DNA of 64,000 bases from Chitinophagaceae bacterium. Lineage in GTDB: Bacteria; Bacteroidota; Bacteroidia; Chitinophagales; Chitinophagaceae. The notes beneath the pieces were generated by a model. The model made no database searches and was not told the origin of the DNA. It was given only the letters and a program-made list of their open reading frames with translations. Each line of letters opens with the position of its first letter. Positions within the stretch are counted from its first letter, which is position 1. The stretch is taken from contig DASUTO010000281.1 in the NCBI GenBank assembly GCA_036374555.1, forward strand, positions 3,403-67,402, in the 5' to 3' direction. The position numbers and the translations under genes were made by a program. This document shows positions 39,092 through 47,696 of the stretch, in pieces.

Positions 39092-40150
39092 ATGCAAACG
39101 ACTTTCATTATACTGATCCTCTTGCTTGGCTTTTTGATCACCTTCCAGATAGCCAAAGCAAGTGAGTATGTGTCAGTGATGCGTGGAGAAGAAAAATCAA
39201 GAAAGCAGACTAACAAGATCAATGCGTTTTTATTACTGGCATTCCTTGTACTTGGTTTGATAGGGGTTTATTATTGCAATGAAAAATATGGTCCCAAAAT
39301 TCTTCAATTTGGATCCGCCGCTTCCGATCACGGGAATGATGTTGACAATATGCTGAAGATCACAATTATCATTACAGGTATCGTGTTTGTCATTACCCAG
39401 ATAATTCTTTTTTGGTTTGCTTACAAATACCAGGAGTCTGATAATAGAAAAGCTTATTACTATCCCCATAATAATAAACTGGAAGTGTTGTGGACAGCCG
39501 TTCCTGCTATCGTATTAACAGTAATGGTAGGTTTTGGTTTGTACTATTGGTTTAGAATAACAGGGGAAGCTCCGCCAAACGCAATGCAGGTTGAAGTAAC
39601 AGGAAGCCAATTCAAATGGGAGTTCCGTTACCCCGGAAAAGATAAAGTGCTCGGTAAAAAATATTTCAAAGCAATTAAGGAAGATGAAAATAATCCGCTG
39701 GGACAGTTATGGGAAGATTCCACAAACAAAGATGATATTTATATTGTGCAGGAAGATCTTCACCTTGTTGTAAACAAACCAGTAAAGCTGATCATTAATG
39801 CAAAAGATGTAATTCATGACGTAGGTCTCTCACATTTCCGTTTGAAAATGGATGCTGTACCTGGTACGCCAACTACTATGTGGTTTACTCCTACAAAAAC
39901 GACAGCACAGATGAAGAAGGAAATGAATGATCCCGATTTCGTTTATGAGATATCATGTGACCAAATGTGCGGACAGGGGCATTACAGAATGAGAGGAACA
40001 ATTGTCGTTGAGACACAGGAAGAGTTTGATTTTTGGATGGCGAAGCAAAAGCCTAAATTTTATTTGGCCCATCCTCATTTGGATCCTAATGCTCCGAAAA
40101 AAGATTCAGTTGATAAAATTGCAGCAGTAGTGCCGCAAGAAACTAATTAA
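39092..40150 (+). CDS. coxB: Cytochrome c oxidase subunit II (no fused cytochrome c domain)
   Basis: CuA motif HDVGLSHF...SCDQMCGQGHYRM. N-terminal TM helices. No CxxCH. Confidence 0.9.
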   Translation: MQTTFIILILLLGFLITFQIAKASEYVSVMRGEEKSRKQTNKINAFLLLAFLVLGLIGVYYCNEKYGPKILQFGSAASDHGNDVDNMLKITIIITGIVFVITQIILFWFAYKYQESDNRKAYYYPHNNKLEVLWTAVPAIVLTVMVGFGLYYWFRITGEAPPNAMQVEVTGSQFKWEFRYPGKDKVLGKKYFKAIKEDENNPLGQLWEDSTNKDDIYIVQEDLHLVVNKPVKLIINAKDVIHDVGLSHFRLKMDAVPGTPTTMWFTPTKTTAQMKKEMNDPDFVYEISCDQMCGQGHYRMRGTIVVETQEEFDFWMAKQKPKFYLAHPHLDPNAPKKDSVDKIAAVVPQETN

Positions 40151-40196
40151 TTTTTTGATAATCCGTCACAGACGGAGATCTTAAAAAAAGTGAACT

Positions 40197-42017
40197 ATGA
40201 GTAATGAAGCAAATATGCATGGACATGCCGAAGTGATCACCCATCATGATGTACATCATGATGAGCATCATGTCCATCATCATAAAGAAACATTTATTAC
40301 CAAATATATTTTTAGCCAGGATCACAAAACGATCGGGAAGCAGTTCTTGATCACAGGTATTGTCTGGGCAATCATTGGGGGTTTATTCTCGGTGTTATTC
40401 CGTTTGCAATTAGGATTTCCGGAACAAACGTTCCCAATACTTGAAACTTTTTTTGGTAAGTGGGCAGCAGGTGGAGTGATACAACCTGAATTTTATTATG
40501 CGCTGGTTACTATTCACGGAACGGTACTTGTGTTTTTTGTATTGACTGCTGGTCTTAGCGGAACCTTTGCTAATCTTCTGATTCCTCTTCAGATCGGGGC
40601 AAGGGATATGGCTTCTACGTTTTTAAACATGGTTTACTATTGGTTCTTTTTTATTGCCAGTGTTATCATGTTCTCTTCTTTGTTTGTTCATACCGGACCC
40701 GCATCGGGGGGATGGACAGTGTATCCACCACTTAGTGCTTTACACCAGGCGGCGGATGGTTCTAAAATAGGAATGGATCTATGGCTTGTCAGTATGGCCA
40801 TGTTCATAGTATCGTCATTGCTTGGGGGTCTAAATTATATCGCAACCATTTTAAATATGCGTACAAAAGGAATGAGTATGACAAGAATGCCACTTACCAT
40901 GTGGGCTATTCTTTTCACAGCTATCCTTGGTGTACTTTCATTCCCTGTTCTTCTTTCAGGTGCGATACTCTTGTTGTTTGATAGAAATCTTGGAACCAGT
41001 TTTTACCTAAGTGATATTTATATAGCCGGACAAATTTTACCGAATGAAGGAGGAAGTGCGATTCTGTTCCAGCACTTATTCTGGTTCCTCGGTCATCCTG
41101 AAGTTTATATCATCTTGTTACCAGCGATGGGAATGGTGTCGGAAATTCTCAGTGTGAATTCCCGAAAACCGATCTTCGGTTATATGGCCATGGTGGGTTC
41201 GTTATTTGCAATTACGATCCTCGCATTTCTTGTTTGGGCGCATCACATGTTTGTAACCGGATTGAATCCTTTCCTCGGTGCATTCTTTGTGTTGCTGACA
41301 TTATTGATAGCCGTGCCATCTGCAATTAAAGTATTTAACTGGCTTACTACATTATGGCGCGGTAATATCCGTTTTACACCAGGGATGTTATTTGCAATTG
41401 GTTTTGTAAGCTTATTTATTTCCGGGGGATTGACCGGCTTGTTCCTTGGAAACTCCACTATTGATATTCATTTGCATGATACAAAATTTGTTGTTGCGCA
41501 CTTTCATATAGTAATGGGTGTGGCTTCTATGTTTGGAATGCATGCAGGAATATATCATTGGTTCCCTAAAATGTTTGGTCGTTATTTGAATAATACACTT
41601 GGCTATATCCATTTCTGGGTAACCATTATCGGCGCTTACCTCATTTTCTGGCCGATGCATTATGAAGGTTTGGCCGGTGTACCGCGTCGTTATCTTGACC
41701 TGAGAGACTGGCATTCATTCAACAAATTTGATGACCTGAATAAAATGATCACCGTTGTTTCTATAATCGTGTTTGCAGCACAGTTGATGTTTGTGTTCAA
41801 TTTCTTTTATTCAATTTTTAAAGGAAGAAAAGTCAGAACTCAAAATCCATGGGGTTCAAATACACTTGAATGGACGACACCGATCAACCCTGGTCATGGG
41901 AACTGGCCCGGTGAAATACCTGAAGTTCATCGCTGGGCTTATGATTATGGTAAAGATGGAAGAGAATTCATTCCGCAAACAGAACCTGTTGGTGAGAATG
42001 AAAGCAAGGATCATTAA
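40197..42017 (+). CDS. coxA: Cytochrome c oxidase subunit I with a His-rich N-terminal tail
   Basis: 606-aa ORF with WFLGHPEVYILLPAMG, WAHHMF and VAHFHIVMG. N-terminus MSNEANMHGHAEVITHHDVHHDEHHVHHHKETF. Confidence 0.95.
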   Translation: MSNEANMHGHAEVITHHDVHHDEHHVHHHKETFITKYIFSQDHKTIGKQFLITGIVWAIIGGLFSVLFRLQLGFPEQTFPILETFFGKWAAGGVIQPEFYYALVTIHGTVLVFFVLTAGLSGTFANLLIPLQIGARDMASTFLNMVYYWFFFIASVIMFSSLFVHTGPASGGWTVYPPLSALHQAADGSKIGMDLWLVSMAMFIVSSLLGGLNYIATILNMRTKGMSMTRMPLTMWAILFTAILGVLSFPVLLSGAILLLFDRNLGTSFYLSDIYIAGQILPNEGGSAILFQHLFWFLGHPEVYIILLPAMGMVSEILSVNSRKPIFGYMAMVGSLFAITILAFLVWAHHMFVTGLNPFLGAFFVLLTLLIAVPSAIKVFNWLTTLWRGNIRFTPGMLFAIGFVSLFISGGLTGLFLGNSTIDIHLHDTKFVVAHFHIVMGVASMFGMHAGIYHWFPKMFGRYLNNTLGYIHFWVTIIGAYLIFWPMHYEGLAGVPRRYLDLRDWHSFNKFDDLNKMITVVSIIVFAAQLMFVFNFFYSIFKGRKVRTQNPWGSNTLEWTTPINPGHGNWPGEIPEVHRWAYDYGKDGREFIPQTEPVGENESKDH

Positions 42018-42059
42018 TTAAAGGCTCTTCGTAGATATTACTTAGAGAGAGGATGATGT

Positions 42060-42962
42060 ATGAGCAGTAATGAAAAAAATAGTTCTTTAAATATTGGCAG
42101 TAAAATAAAGGATTACCTGAAGCTGATCAAACTTTCATTAAGCATCATGGTAGTTTTTTCCAGTGTGCTTGCCTATTTGCTGGTGCCGGGTATTGAAGAT
42201 AAATATGAGAATCCTTTAAAGATGACCATATTGCTTGCTATCGGCGGCTTATTAGTGACGGGGAGTGCAAATGCCATTAACCAGGCAGTGGAAAAAAATA
42301 CAGATGCAATGATGAAGCGGACAGCAAGCCGCCCTGTGGCTGCAGGTAGGATGAGTGTAACAGAAGCATGGATCTTTGCAATTGTTGCCGGTGTTGTTGG
42401 AATTTTTATTCTCGGGAATTATTTCAACTGGACATCAGCAGGACTTGCGGCATTAAGTCTTTTTTTATATGCGTTTATTTATACGCCGTTAAAAAAAGTA
42501 AATGCTGTTGCGGTGCTTGTTGGCGCATTCCCGGGCGCATTGCCGTGCTTAATTGGTTGGGCGGCCGGTGATGAAACTCTTGGTGTTGGCGGTTGGGTTT
42601 TGTTTGGTATCCAGTTCATGTGGCAGTTTCCGCATTTCTGGGCTATATGCTGGATCGCTTATAAAGACTATAGCCTGGCAGGTTTTAAACTTTTGCCAAG
42701 TGAAAAGGGGCCAACAAAATTCACAGCATTACAAACGATAATTTATTCGTTGTTGCTGTTGCCGATGGGAGTGGTTCCTTATTTTATTGGAATGAGCGGG
42801 ATCGTAAGTCTTTTTATTGTTACTGCTGCCAATCTTTTTATGGTGTGGCAATGTGTAAGATTATACAGGGAAATGGAAGTGAAAGCAGCAAGAAGGGTTA
42901 TGTTCAGCAGTTATATTTATTTACCGGTAGTGTTATTCGCTTTATTAGGTGACAAATTATAA
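42060..42962 (+). CDS. ctaB: Heme O synthase (protoheme IX farnesyltransferase)
   Basis: 300-aa UbiA-fold ORF with NQAVEKNTDAMMKRTASRPVAAGR and FMWQFPHFWA. Confidence 0.9.
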   Translation: MSSNEKNSSLNIGSKIKDYLKLIKLSLSIMVVFSSVLAYLLVPGIEDKYENPLKMTILLAIGGLLVTGSANAINQAVEKNTDAMMKRTASRPVAAGRMSVTEAWIFAIVAGVVGIFILGNYFNWTSAGLAALSLFLYAFIYTPLKKVNAVAVLVGAFPGALPCLIGWAAGDETLGVGGWVLFGIQFMWQFPHFWAICWIAYKDYSLAGFKLLPSEKGPTKFTALQTIIYSLLLLPMGVVPYFIGMSGIVSLFIVTAANLFMVWQCVRLYREMEVKAARRVMFSSYIYLPVVLFALLGDKL

Positions 42963-42970
42963 AATGTGAT

Positions 42971-43540
42971 ATGGAAGCGGTGAGTATGCAACAAAAACAA
43001 AAAATTCATCCACATAAATTTACTATGTGGATAGCAATAGGCAGCATCATTATGATGTTTGCAGGACTGACCAGTGCTTATATTGTTAAGAGTGGCCAGG
43101 CCAATTTTACGGAAGTTATAACACCAAAGGTGTTTTGGTATTCAACAGCAGCCATTCTGTTGAGTAGTCTAACGATACAAATGGCATTGCGTTCTTTCAA
43201 ACAAAGAGAAATGAATCGTTATCGTCAACTGATGGCGGTTACAATGATATTAGGCGTTGTGTTCATTGCATTGCAATGGATCGGTTTTATGGAGTTATGG
43301 AATAGCGGCATACAATTTAAAGGTGTTGCAGGCGCAGGACAGTTCTTATATGTGATATTCGGATTGCATGCTTTGCATGTGTTGGGTGGGGCAGTTGCGC
43401 TAATAGTAATGCTGATCAGAGCTTTCTTTAGCCAGACTAAGACTTATGGAAGCACGGGAGTAGAGGTAATGGCAACATACTGGCATTTTGTGGATGTTCT
43501 TTGGATCTATTTGTTTGTGTTTTTTATTTTGATAAAATAG
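42971..43540 (+). CDS. Heme-copper oxidase subunit III family protein (short, 189 aa)
   Basis: 5-TM ORF ending YWHFVDVLWIYLFVFFIL, the subunit III signature end. Confidence 0.8.
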   Translation: MEAVSMQQKQKIHPHKFTMWIAIGSIIMMFAGLTSAYIVKSGQANFTEVITPKVFWYSTAAILLSSLTIQMALRSFKQREMNRYRQLMAVTMILGVVFIALQWIGFMELWNSGIQFKGVAGAGQFLYVIFGLHALHVLGGAVALIVMLIRAFFSQTKTYGSTGVEVMATYWHFVDVLWIYLFVFFILIK

Positions 43541-43733
43541 ATAGTTAGAATGTCTCACAGATGACACGGATGATCACGATAAATTTCAGTGTAAATCTGT
43601 GGAATCCGTGAGCAATAAAAGACGAATACAGTTACCGAATGTACAAGAGTGCGACGCAACGAAGATGATAAGAATTGGTGTCGCTGGTAACATAATTGGA
43701 ATTTGAATTTTTTAATTTGGAATTTTTTTAAAC

Positions 43734-44609
43734 ATGTCTTCAAACGAAACAGCGCAACAGGTCAAATGGTGGAACGGGGGAAGAAGTCCGTTTAACCTGG
43801 AATACGGCAAACTGATGATGTGGTACTTTTTGATGAGTGATGCTTTCACCTTTGGCGCATTTCTTATTTCTTATGGTACCATTCGTTTTTCACAAAACTT
43901 CTGGGCCGATCCGAACGTGGTGTTCAATGCTTTTCCCGGTGCCGGACACGCCAACCTCCCTCTTGCATTTGTGAGTGTAATGACGTTTATTCTTATCATC
44001 AGTTCTGTAACAATGGTGCTGGCAGTTCATGCTGGGCATAATGGGAACAGGAACGGAGTAATAAAATGGATGTTGTGGACAATCCTCGGCGGTGTCGCAT
44101 TCTTACTTTGCCAGGCATGGGAATGGCATCACCTTATCACGGGTGCACATCCGGTATTGGCTGATGGAAAAATCGAAATGATAGGACAAACTATGGGCGG
44201 CAATCCATGGGGAAGATTGGTGGATCCGGCAGCTGCACAACAAGCATTAGCGGCAAGTCCACACGATGTTCTTGTCGATCTTGCACGTGAATATCCTAAA
44301 CCAGGGACAAATCTTGCTGGCCTTGAAAAAATGAATGCTCAGCAATTAGCAGGAATGATAGACCTGGAGCATGCACACATTCGTGAAAAAGGACCAATTG
44401 CTTTTGGCGGTTATTTCTTTGGCATCACAGGGTTCCATGGCTTCCACGTTTTTTCTGGTGTTATCATTAATATAGTAATGCTTATAATGACGGCAAGAGG
44501 TGTATTTGACCGGAGAGGTCATTATCTTATGATCGAGAAAGCAGGGTTGTACTGGCACTTTGTGGATCTTGTTTGGGTATTTGTATTCCTTTGTTTTTAT
44601 CTCATTTAA
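43734..44609 (+). CDS. coxC: Cytochrome c oxidase subunit III (291 aa, with a large soluble insert)
   Basis: MMWYFLMSDAFTFGAFL...YWHFVDLVWVFVFLCFYLI. A hydrophilic insert of roughly 80 residues, ADGKIEM...IREKGP, lies between the TM segments. Confidence 0.85.
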   Translation: MSSNETAQQVKWWNGGRSPFNLEYGKLMMWYFLMSDAFTFGAFLISYGTIRFSQNFWADPNVVFNAFPGAGHANLPLAFVSVMTFILIISSVTMVLAVHAGHNGNRNGVIKWMLWTILGGVAFLLCQAWEWHHLITGAHPVLADGKIEMIGQTMGGNPWGRLVDPAAAQQALAASPHDVLVDLAREYPKPGTNLAGLEKMNAQQLAGMIDLEHAHIREKGPIAFGGYFFGITGFHGFHVFSGVIINIVMLIMTARGVFDRRGHYLMIEKAGLYWHFVDLVWVFVFLCFYLI

Positions 44610-44637
44610 ACTAAACTGAAAATTGAATAGCAGCAAT

Positions 44638-45069
44638 ATGGCACATCAACAAAACCCGGTTTCATCTGAAATGACTTTTCAGCATCATCATTCGGATGCT
44701 GAATTTAGAAAGAGGGTAAAGAAAACAACAATTCTTCTTTCGGTTATTACTGTAATTGAATTAGGCATAGGGCTTACTATTTATAATATTCATAAGGGGC
44801 CCGATCCAAGCCATTTGCTTGTTCTTATGTTTAAAGGGATGGTATGCATCTTAACACTTGCCAAAGCATATTATATCGTTTCAGTGTTCATGCATCTTGG
44901 CGATGAAATAAGAAACATGATCATGTCGATCGTGGTGCCGCTGATGTTGTTCATTTGGTTTATCGCGGCTTTTTTGTGGGATGGTAATTCGTATAAGAAC
45001 CTTCGCAATTCATACGATAAACATTTCGAAGAAAAGAAGATTGAGAAAAAGAGCGGCGGCGGTCATTGA
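44638..45069 (+). CDS. Cytochrome c oxidase subunit IV family small membrane protein
   Basis: I use the MAHQQNPVSS start (ATG 44638); the track uses TTG 44623. 3 TM helices, last structural gene of the cox block. Confidence 0.65.
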   Translation: MAHQQNPVSSEMTFQHHHSDAEFRKRVKKTTILLSVITVIELGIGLTIYNIHKGPDPSHLLVLMFKGMVCILTLAKAYYIVSVFMHLGDEIRNMIMSIVVPLMLFIWFIAAFLWDGNSYKNLRNSYDKHFEEKKIEKKSGGGH

Positions 45070-45097
45070 TAATATTTATTTTAGATAATTAGTAGCT

Positions 45098-45127
45098 ACT
45101 GTCCCGCCCCAGGCGGGACAGTGTTTT
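45098..45127 (+). terminator. Rho-independent terminator after the cox structural genes
   Basis: actgtcccgcc-cca-ggcgggacagt forms an 11-bp GC-rich stem and is followed by gttttt. Confidence 0.75.
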
Positions 45128-45145
45128 TCTACAAAAAAATTTGAT

Positions 45146-46006
45146 GTGAATAAAACAGCGTTATATGCATTGATACTGGCAGTGCTGATCCCCCTGATAT
45201 CCTATTTTATCATTAAGCAAATGAGCACAGATGCCATACATATTCCAAAACCAATTTATGAGGATACTACTATCTCAAGAGTGGTAAAAGGTAAAATTGA
45301 AAAGGAAACCATTTGGCACAAGATCCCCGACTTTACATTAACAAACCAGGAAGGAAAGAATGTTTCCTTAGATGATATGGTAAGGGTTGATCCTGAAACC
45401 GGCGATACGGTTCCTAAAATTATTGTAGCGAATTTCTTTTTTACTCATTGTGCCACTATCTGTCCCGGTATGACAATGAACATAAAAAAGCTGCAGGAAT
45501 CAATTAAGAAATCACAAAAAGTTGGTGACCGCACTGCTGACTTTGTACAGTTTCTTTCTTTCAGTGTTGACCCGGACAGAGATTCTGTTGCCGCTTTAAA
45601 GAAATGGGCGGATCGGTTTCAGATAAATCCTGAAAACTGGTGGTTACTTACCGGGGATAAAAAAACCATCTATGATCTTTCATTAAAACACATGAATCTT
45701 TCCGTGCAGGACCCGCAAGGCGTGGACACAGGATTTTTTCATACGGACATAATAGTACTGATCGACAGGGATAGGGTGGTAAGAATGCCAAGAGATGAAT
45801 TCGGGAATCCACGGACGTACCACGGAGTAGAAGAAAAGGATCTTAGTAAACTTTCCGAAGACATTGTTTTATTAATGCTGGAGAAAGACAAAAAGAAGAA
45901 AAGCTTCTTCGATGGTAAGCTGGAATTACTTGGAGTTGTTTTTTTACTCACATTGGTTGGCCTGGGAATATTTTTAGTTGTATTAAGAAAAACAAGGAAT
46001 AAATAA
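45146..46006 (+). CDS. SCO1/SenC copper chaperone (thioredoxin fold), with N- and C-terminal TM segments
   Basis: GTG start. FFFTHCATICPGM carries the CxxxC motif, with a downstream FFHTD histidine. C-terminal LELLGVVFLLTLVGLGIFLVVL. Confidence 0.85.
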   Translation: MNKTALYALILAVLIPLISYFIIKQMSTDAIHIPKPIYEDTTISRVVKGKIEKETIWHKIPDFTLTNQEGKNVSLDDMVRVDPETGDTVPKIIVANFFFTHCATICPGMTMNIKKLQESIKKSQKVGDRTADFVQFLSFSVDPDRDSVAALKKWADRFQINPENWWLLTGDKKTIYDLSLKHMNLSVQDPQGVDTGFFHTDIIVLIDRDRVVRMPRDEFGNPRTYHGVEEKDLSKLSEDIVLLMLEKDKKKKSFFDGKLELLGVVFLLTLVGLGIFLVVLRKTRNK

Positions 46007-46007
46007 T

Positions 46008-46550
46008 ATGCTACCTGCAGTTTGGAAAAAGAATGATGCAAGAGCAAGAATTCTTATAATAGCAGTATCTGTGATTGTCTTTGGAGCGGTGGTAGCACTT
46101 GGAAGAGTAAAGCTGGATGTGCAACTTGGGTTCGATGAACGCATTTTTGCAAAGATCAATGCAACCATTAATTCAACTGTTTCTGTTTTATTACTGTTGG
46201 GATTGATCACTGTTAAAAGTAAAAAATATCTCTTGCATAAAAGGATCATGATCACTGCGATCATTCTTTCCTGTCTTTTCTTAGTAAGTTATATCTGTCA
46301 TCATTTATTTACAGGCGAAACAAAGTTCGGCGGCGAAGGAACGATCCGCTATATCTACTACTTTATTTTAGGAACGCATATCGTCCTCGCAGCTATTATC
46401 CTTCCTTTTATTCTATTTACGGCTTATCGTTCGATGATCGGGGAATTTGCAAGACATAAAAAACTGGCCAGGATCACGTGGCCGATCTGGTTTTATGTGG
46501 CAGTAACTGGAGTAGTAGTTTATTTTATGATAAGTCCTTATTATAATTAG
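46008..46550 (+). CDS. DUF420 membrane protein (CtaM-like oxidase assembly factor family)
   Basis: 180-aa 4-TM ORF immediately after SCO1. The DUF420 call rests on context and general resemblance. Confidence 0.65.
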   Translation: MLPAVWKKNDARARILIIAVSVIVFGAVVALGRVKLDVQLGFDERIFAKINATINSTVSVLLLLGLITVKSKKYLLHKRIMITAIILSCLFLVSYICHHLFTGETKFGGEGTIRYIYYFILGTHIVLAAIILPFILFTAYRSMIGEFARHKKLARITWPIWFYVAVTGVVVYFMISPYYN

Positions 46551-46915
46551 AAGCCCAGTTCTTTTAACGGGTCCCAAAAGTGTTTTTCAAAGTCAACGAT
46601 CTTGTCGTTCTTCACTTTTATTCCTTCTTTCTTTAATGATTTTTCCATTGAACCAGGCGGTGAAAAGTGATGTTTGCCGCTAAGCAACCCAATACGATTA
46701 ACGACACGATGTGCAGGTATCTTTGGTTTTATTTTACCTGCACCATTCATTGCCCAACCCACCATTCTTGCTGATGATCTGGTGCCAAGACATGCAGCAA
46801 TAGCACCGTATGAGGTCACTTTTCCTTTCGGTATTTGTCTTGCTACTTCGTAAACAAGCTCAAAAAAACTTTCATCCTTTTTACCTGAAGGCTTTACTGA
46901 TTTTAACCTTGTCAT
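46547..46915 (-). CDS. MGMT-fold DNA-binding protein lacking the acceptor cysteine (alkyltransferase-like, ATL)
   Basis: 122-aa ORF with KGKVTSYGAIAACLGTRSSARMVGWAMN. It has IPAHRVV where O6-alkylguanine transferases have PCHRV. Confidence 0.75.
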   Translation of the reverse strand: MTRLKSVKPSGKKDESFFELVYEVARQIPKGKVTSYGAIAACLGTRSSARMVGWAMNGAGKIKPKIPAHRVVNRIGLLSGKHHFSPPGSMEKSLKKEGIKVKNDKIVDFEKHFWDPLKELGF

Positions 46916-46953
46916 CCCGTAAAGATAGAAAACCAGCGTCTCTTACGAAATAC

Positions 46954-47376
46954 TTAGTTAGCTACAATCGCATTGCTGGTAACTGGTTTTGTTTTTCGCA
47001 AATAATATAGTTCTCCTTTTGTTGATGAAAAATGAGCCGTGCGGTCTTCGTCGACAAAAAGTTGCCATTTGATCATGCTATCATTCATGATCTCTAAAAG
47101 ACTCTTTACAACAACGGTTGAGCTACTATCTCCAGTTGAGAAATCAAACCAGATAGGAGATTTTTGAAAATCAATTTTATATTCAATGATCTTTTTTTTC
47201 TCTCCCATATAATTTAAAATTATTGTCGTGCTGTCTATCACTTCAAGACTGGCGCTATCATTTTGCTCACCTACTATTTCCCAGCGGCCGATGAGATCTT
47301 TAAGTTTTTTTTGCTGGCCGAACCCTGTTGTCCCTAAGAAGACAAGTATTCCTGCTATAACTATCATTCTTTTCAT
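46954..47376 (-). CDS. Hypothetical secreted protein
   Basis: I use the MKRMIVIAGILVFLGTTGFGQQ signal-peptide start. No motif recognised. Confidence 0.5.
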   Translation of the reverse strand: MKRMIVIAGILVFLGTTGFGQQKKLKDLIGRWEIVGEQNDSASLEVIDSTTIILNYMGEKKKIIEYKIDFQKSPIWFDFSTGDSSSTVVVKSLLEIMNDSMIKWQLFVDEDRTAHFSSTKGELYYLRKTKPVTSNAIVAN

Positions 47377-47498
47377 AACTCTTATTTTTCTCCGGGATTT
47401 GTAATGCAGACTTTGTGCCACTCATGATATATAAAATAAGCAGGGGTTAAGGCTGGGAAGATTCGAAACTCTGATGTTCAACCAAACAAAAGAGGGGA

Positions 47499-47696
47499 TT
47501 ATTTTGCTTGCTTATTTTTTTGATCAAGGAGCAAAGAACGTCGTGGCTCTTCCACATTTTTGTACTGGTAAGGACAATGCTGGCAACCCATACCGCAACA
47601 AAAACCTTTTTCAAGATGGTATTTTTCGGTAAGAACTATGTAACCATCTTTATTTATGTAAAAATGAATTCCTTCTATTAATTCAGCGTGACTCAT
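47499..47696 (-). CDS. Small Cys-rich protein (DUF5522-like)
   Basis: 65-aa ORF with FYINKDGYIVLTEKYHLEKGFCCGMGCQHCPY. Its start overlaps the trmB stop by 14 nt. Confidence 0.6.
   Translation of the reverse strand: MSHAELIEGIHFYINKDGYIVLTEKYHLEKGFCCGMGCQHCPYQYKNVEEPRRSLLLDQKNKQAK

Noticed and set aside
40143-40325. Met-rich 60-aa minus-strand ORF (…MMMDMMLIMMYIMM…)
   Set aside because: It is simply the antisense of the CAT/CAC-rich His tail of coxA. CAT reads as ATG on the other strand.
43555-43743. 62-aa minus-strand ORF in the cox spacer, and the analogous ORF at 52634-52858
   Set aside because: Both are created by copies of the same dispersed repeat motif (...LRRTLVHS... and ...LRRTLLYS...). 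They lie antisense inside an operon spacer or a 3' UTR, and one overlaps a real start codon.
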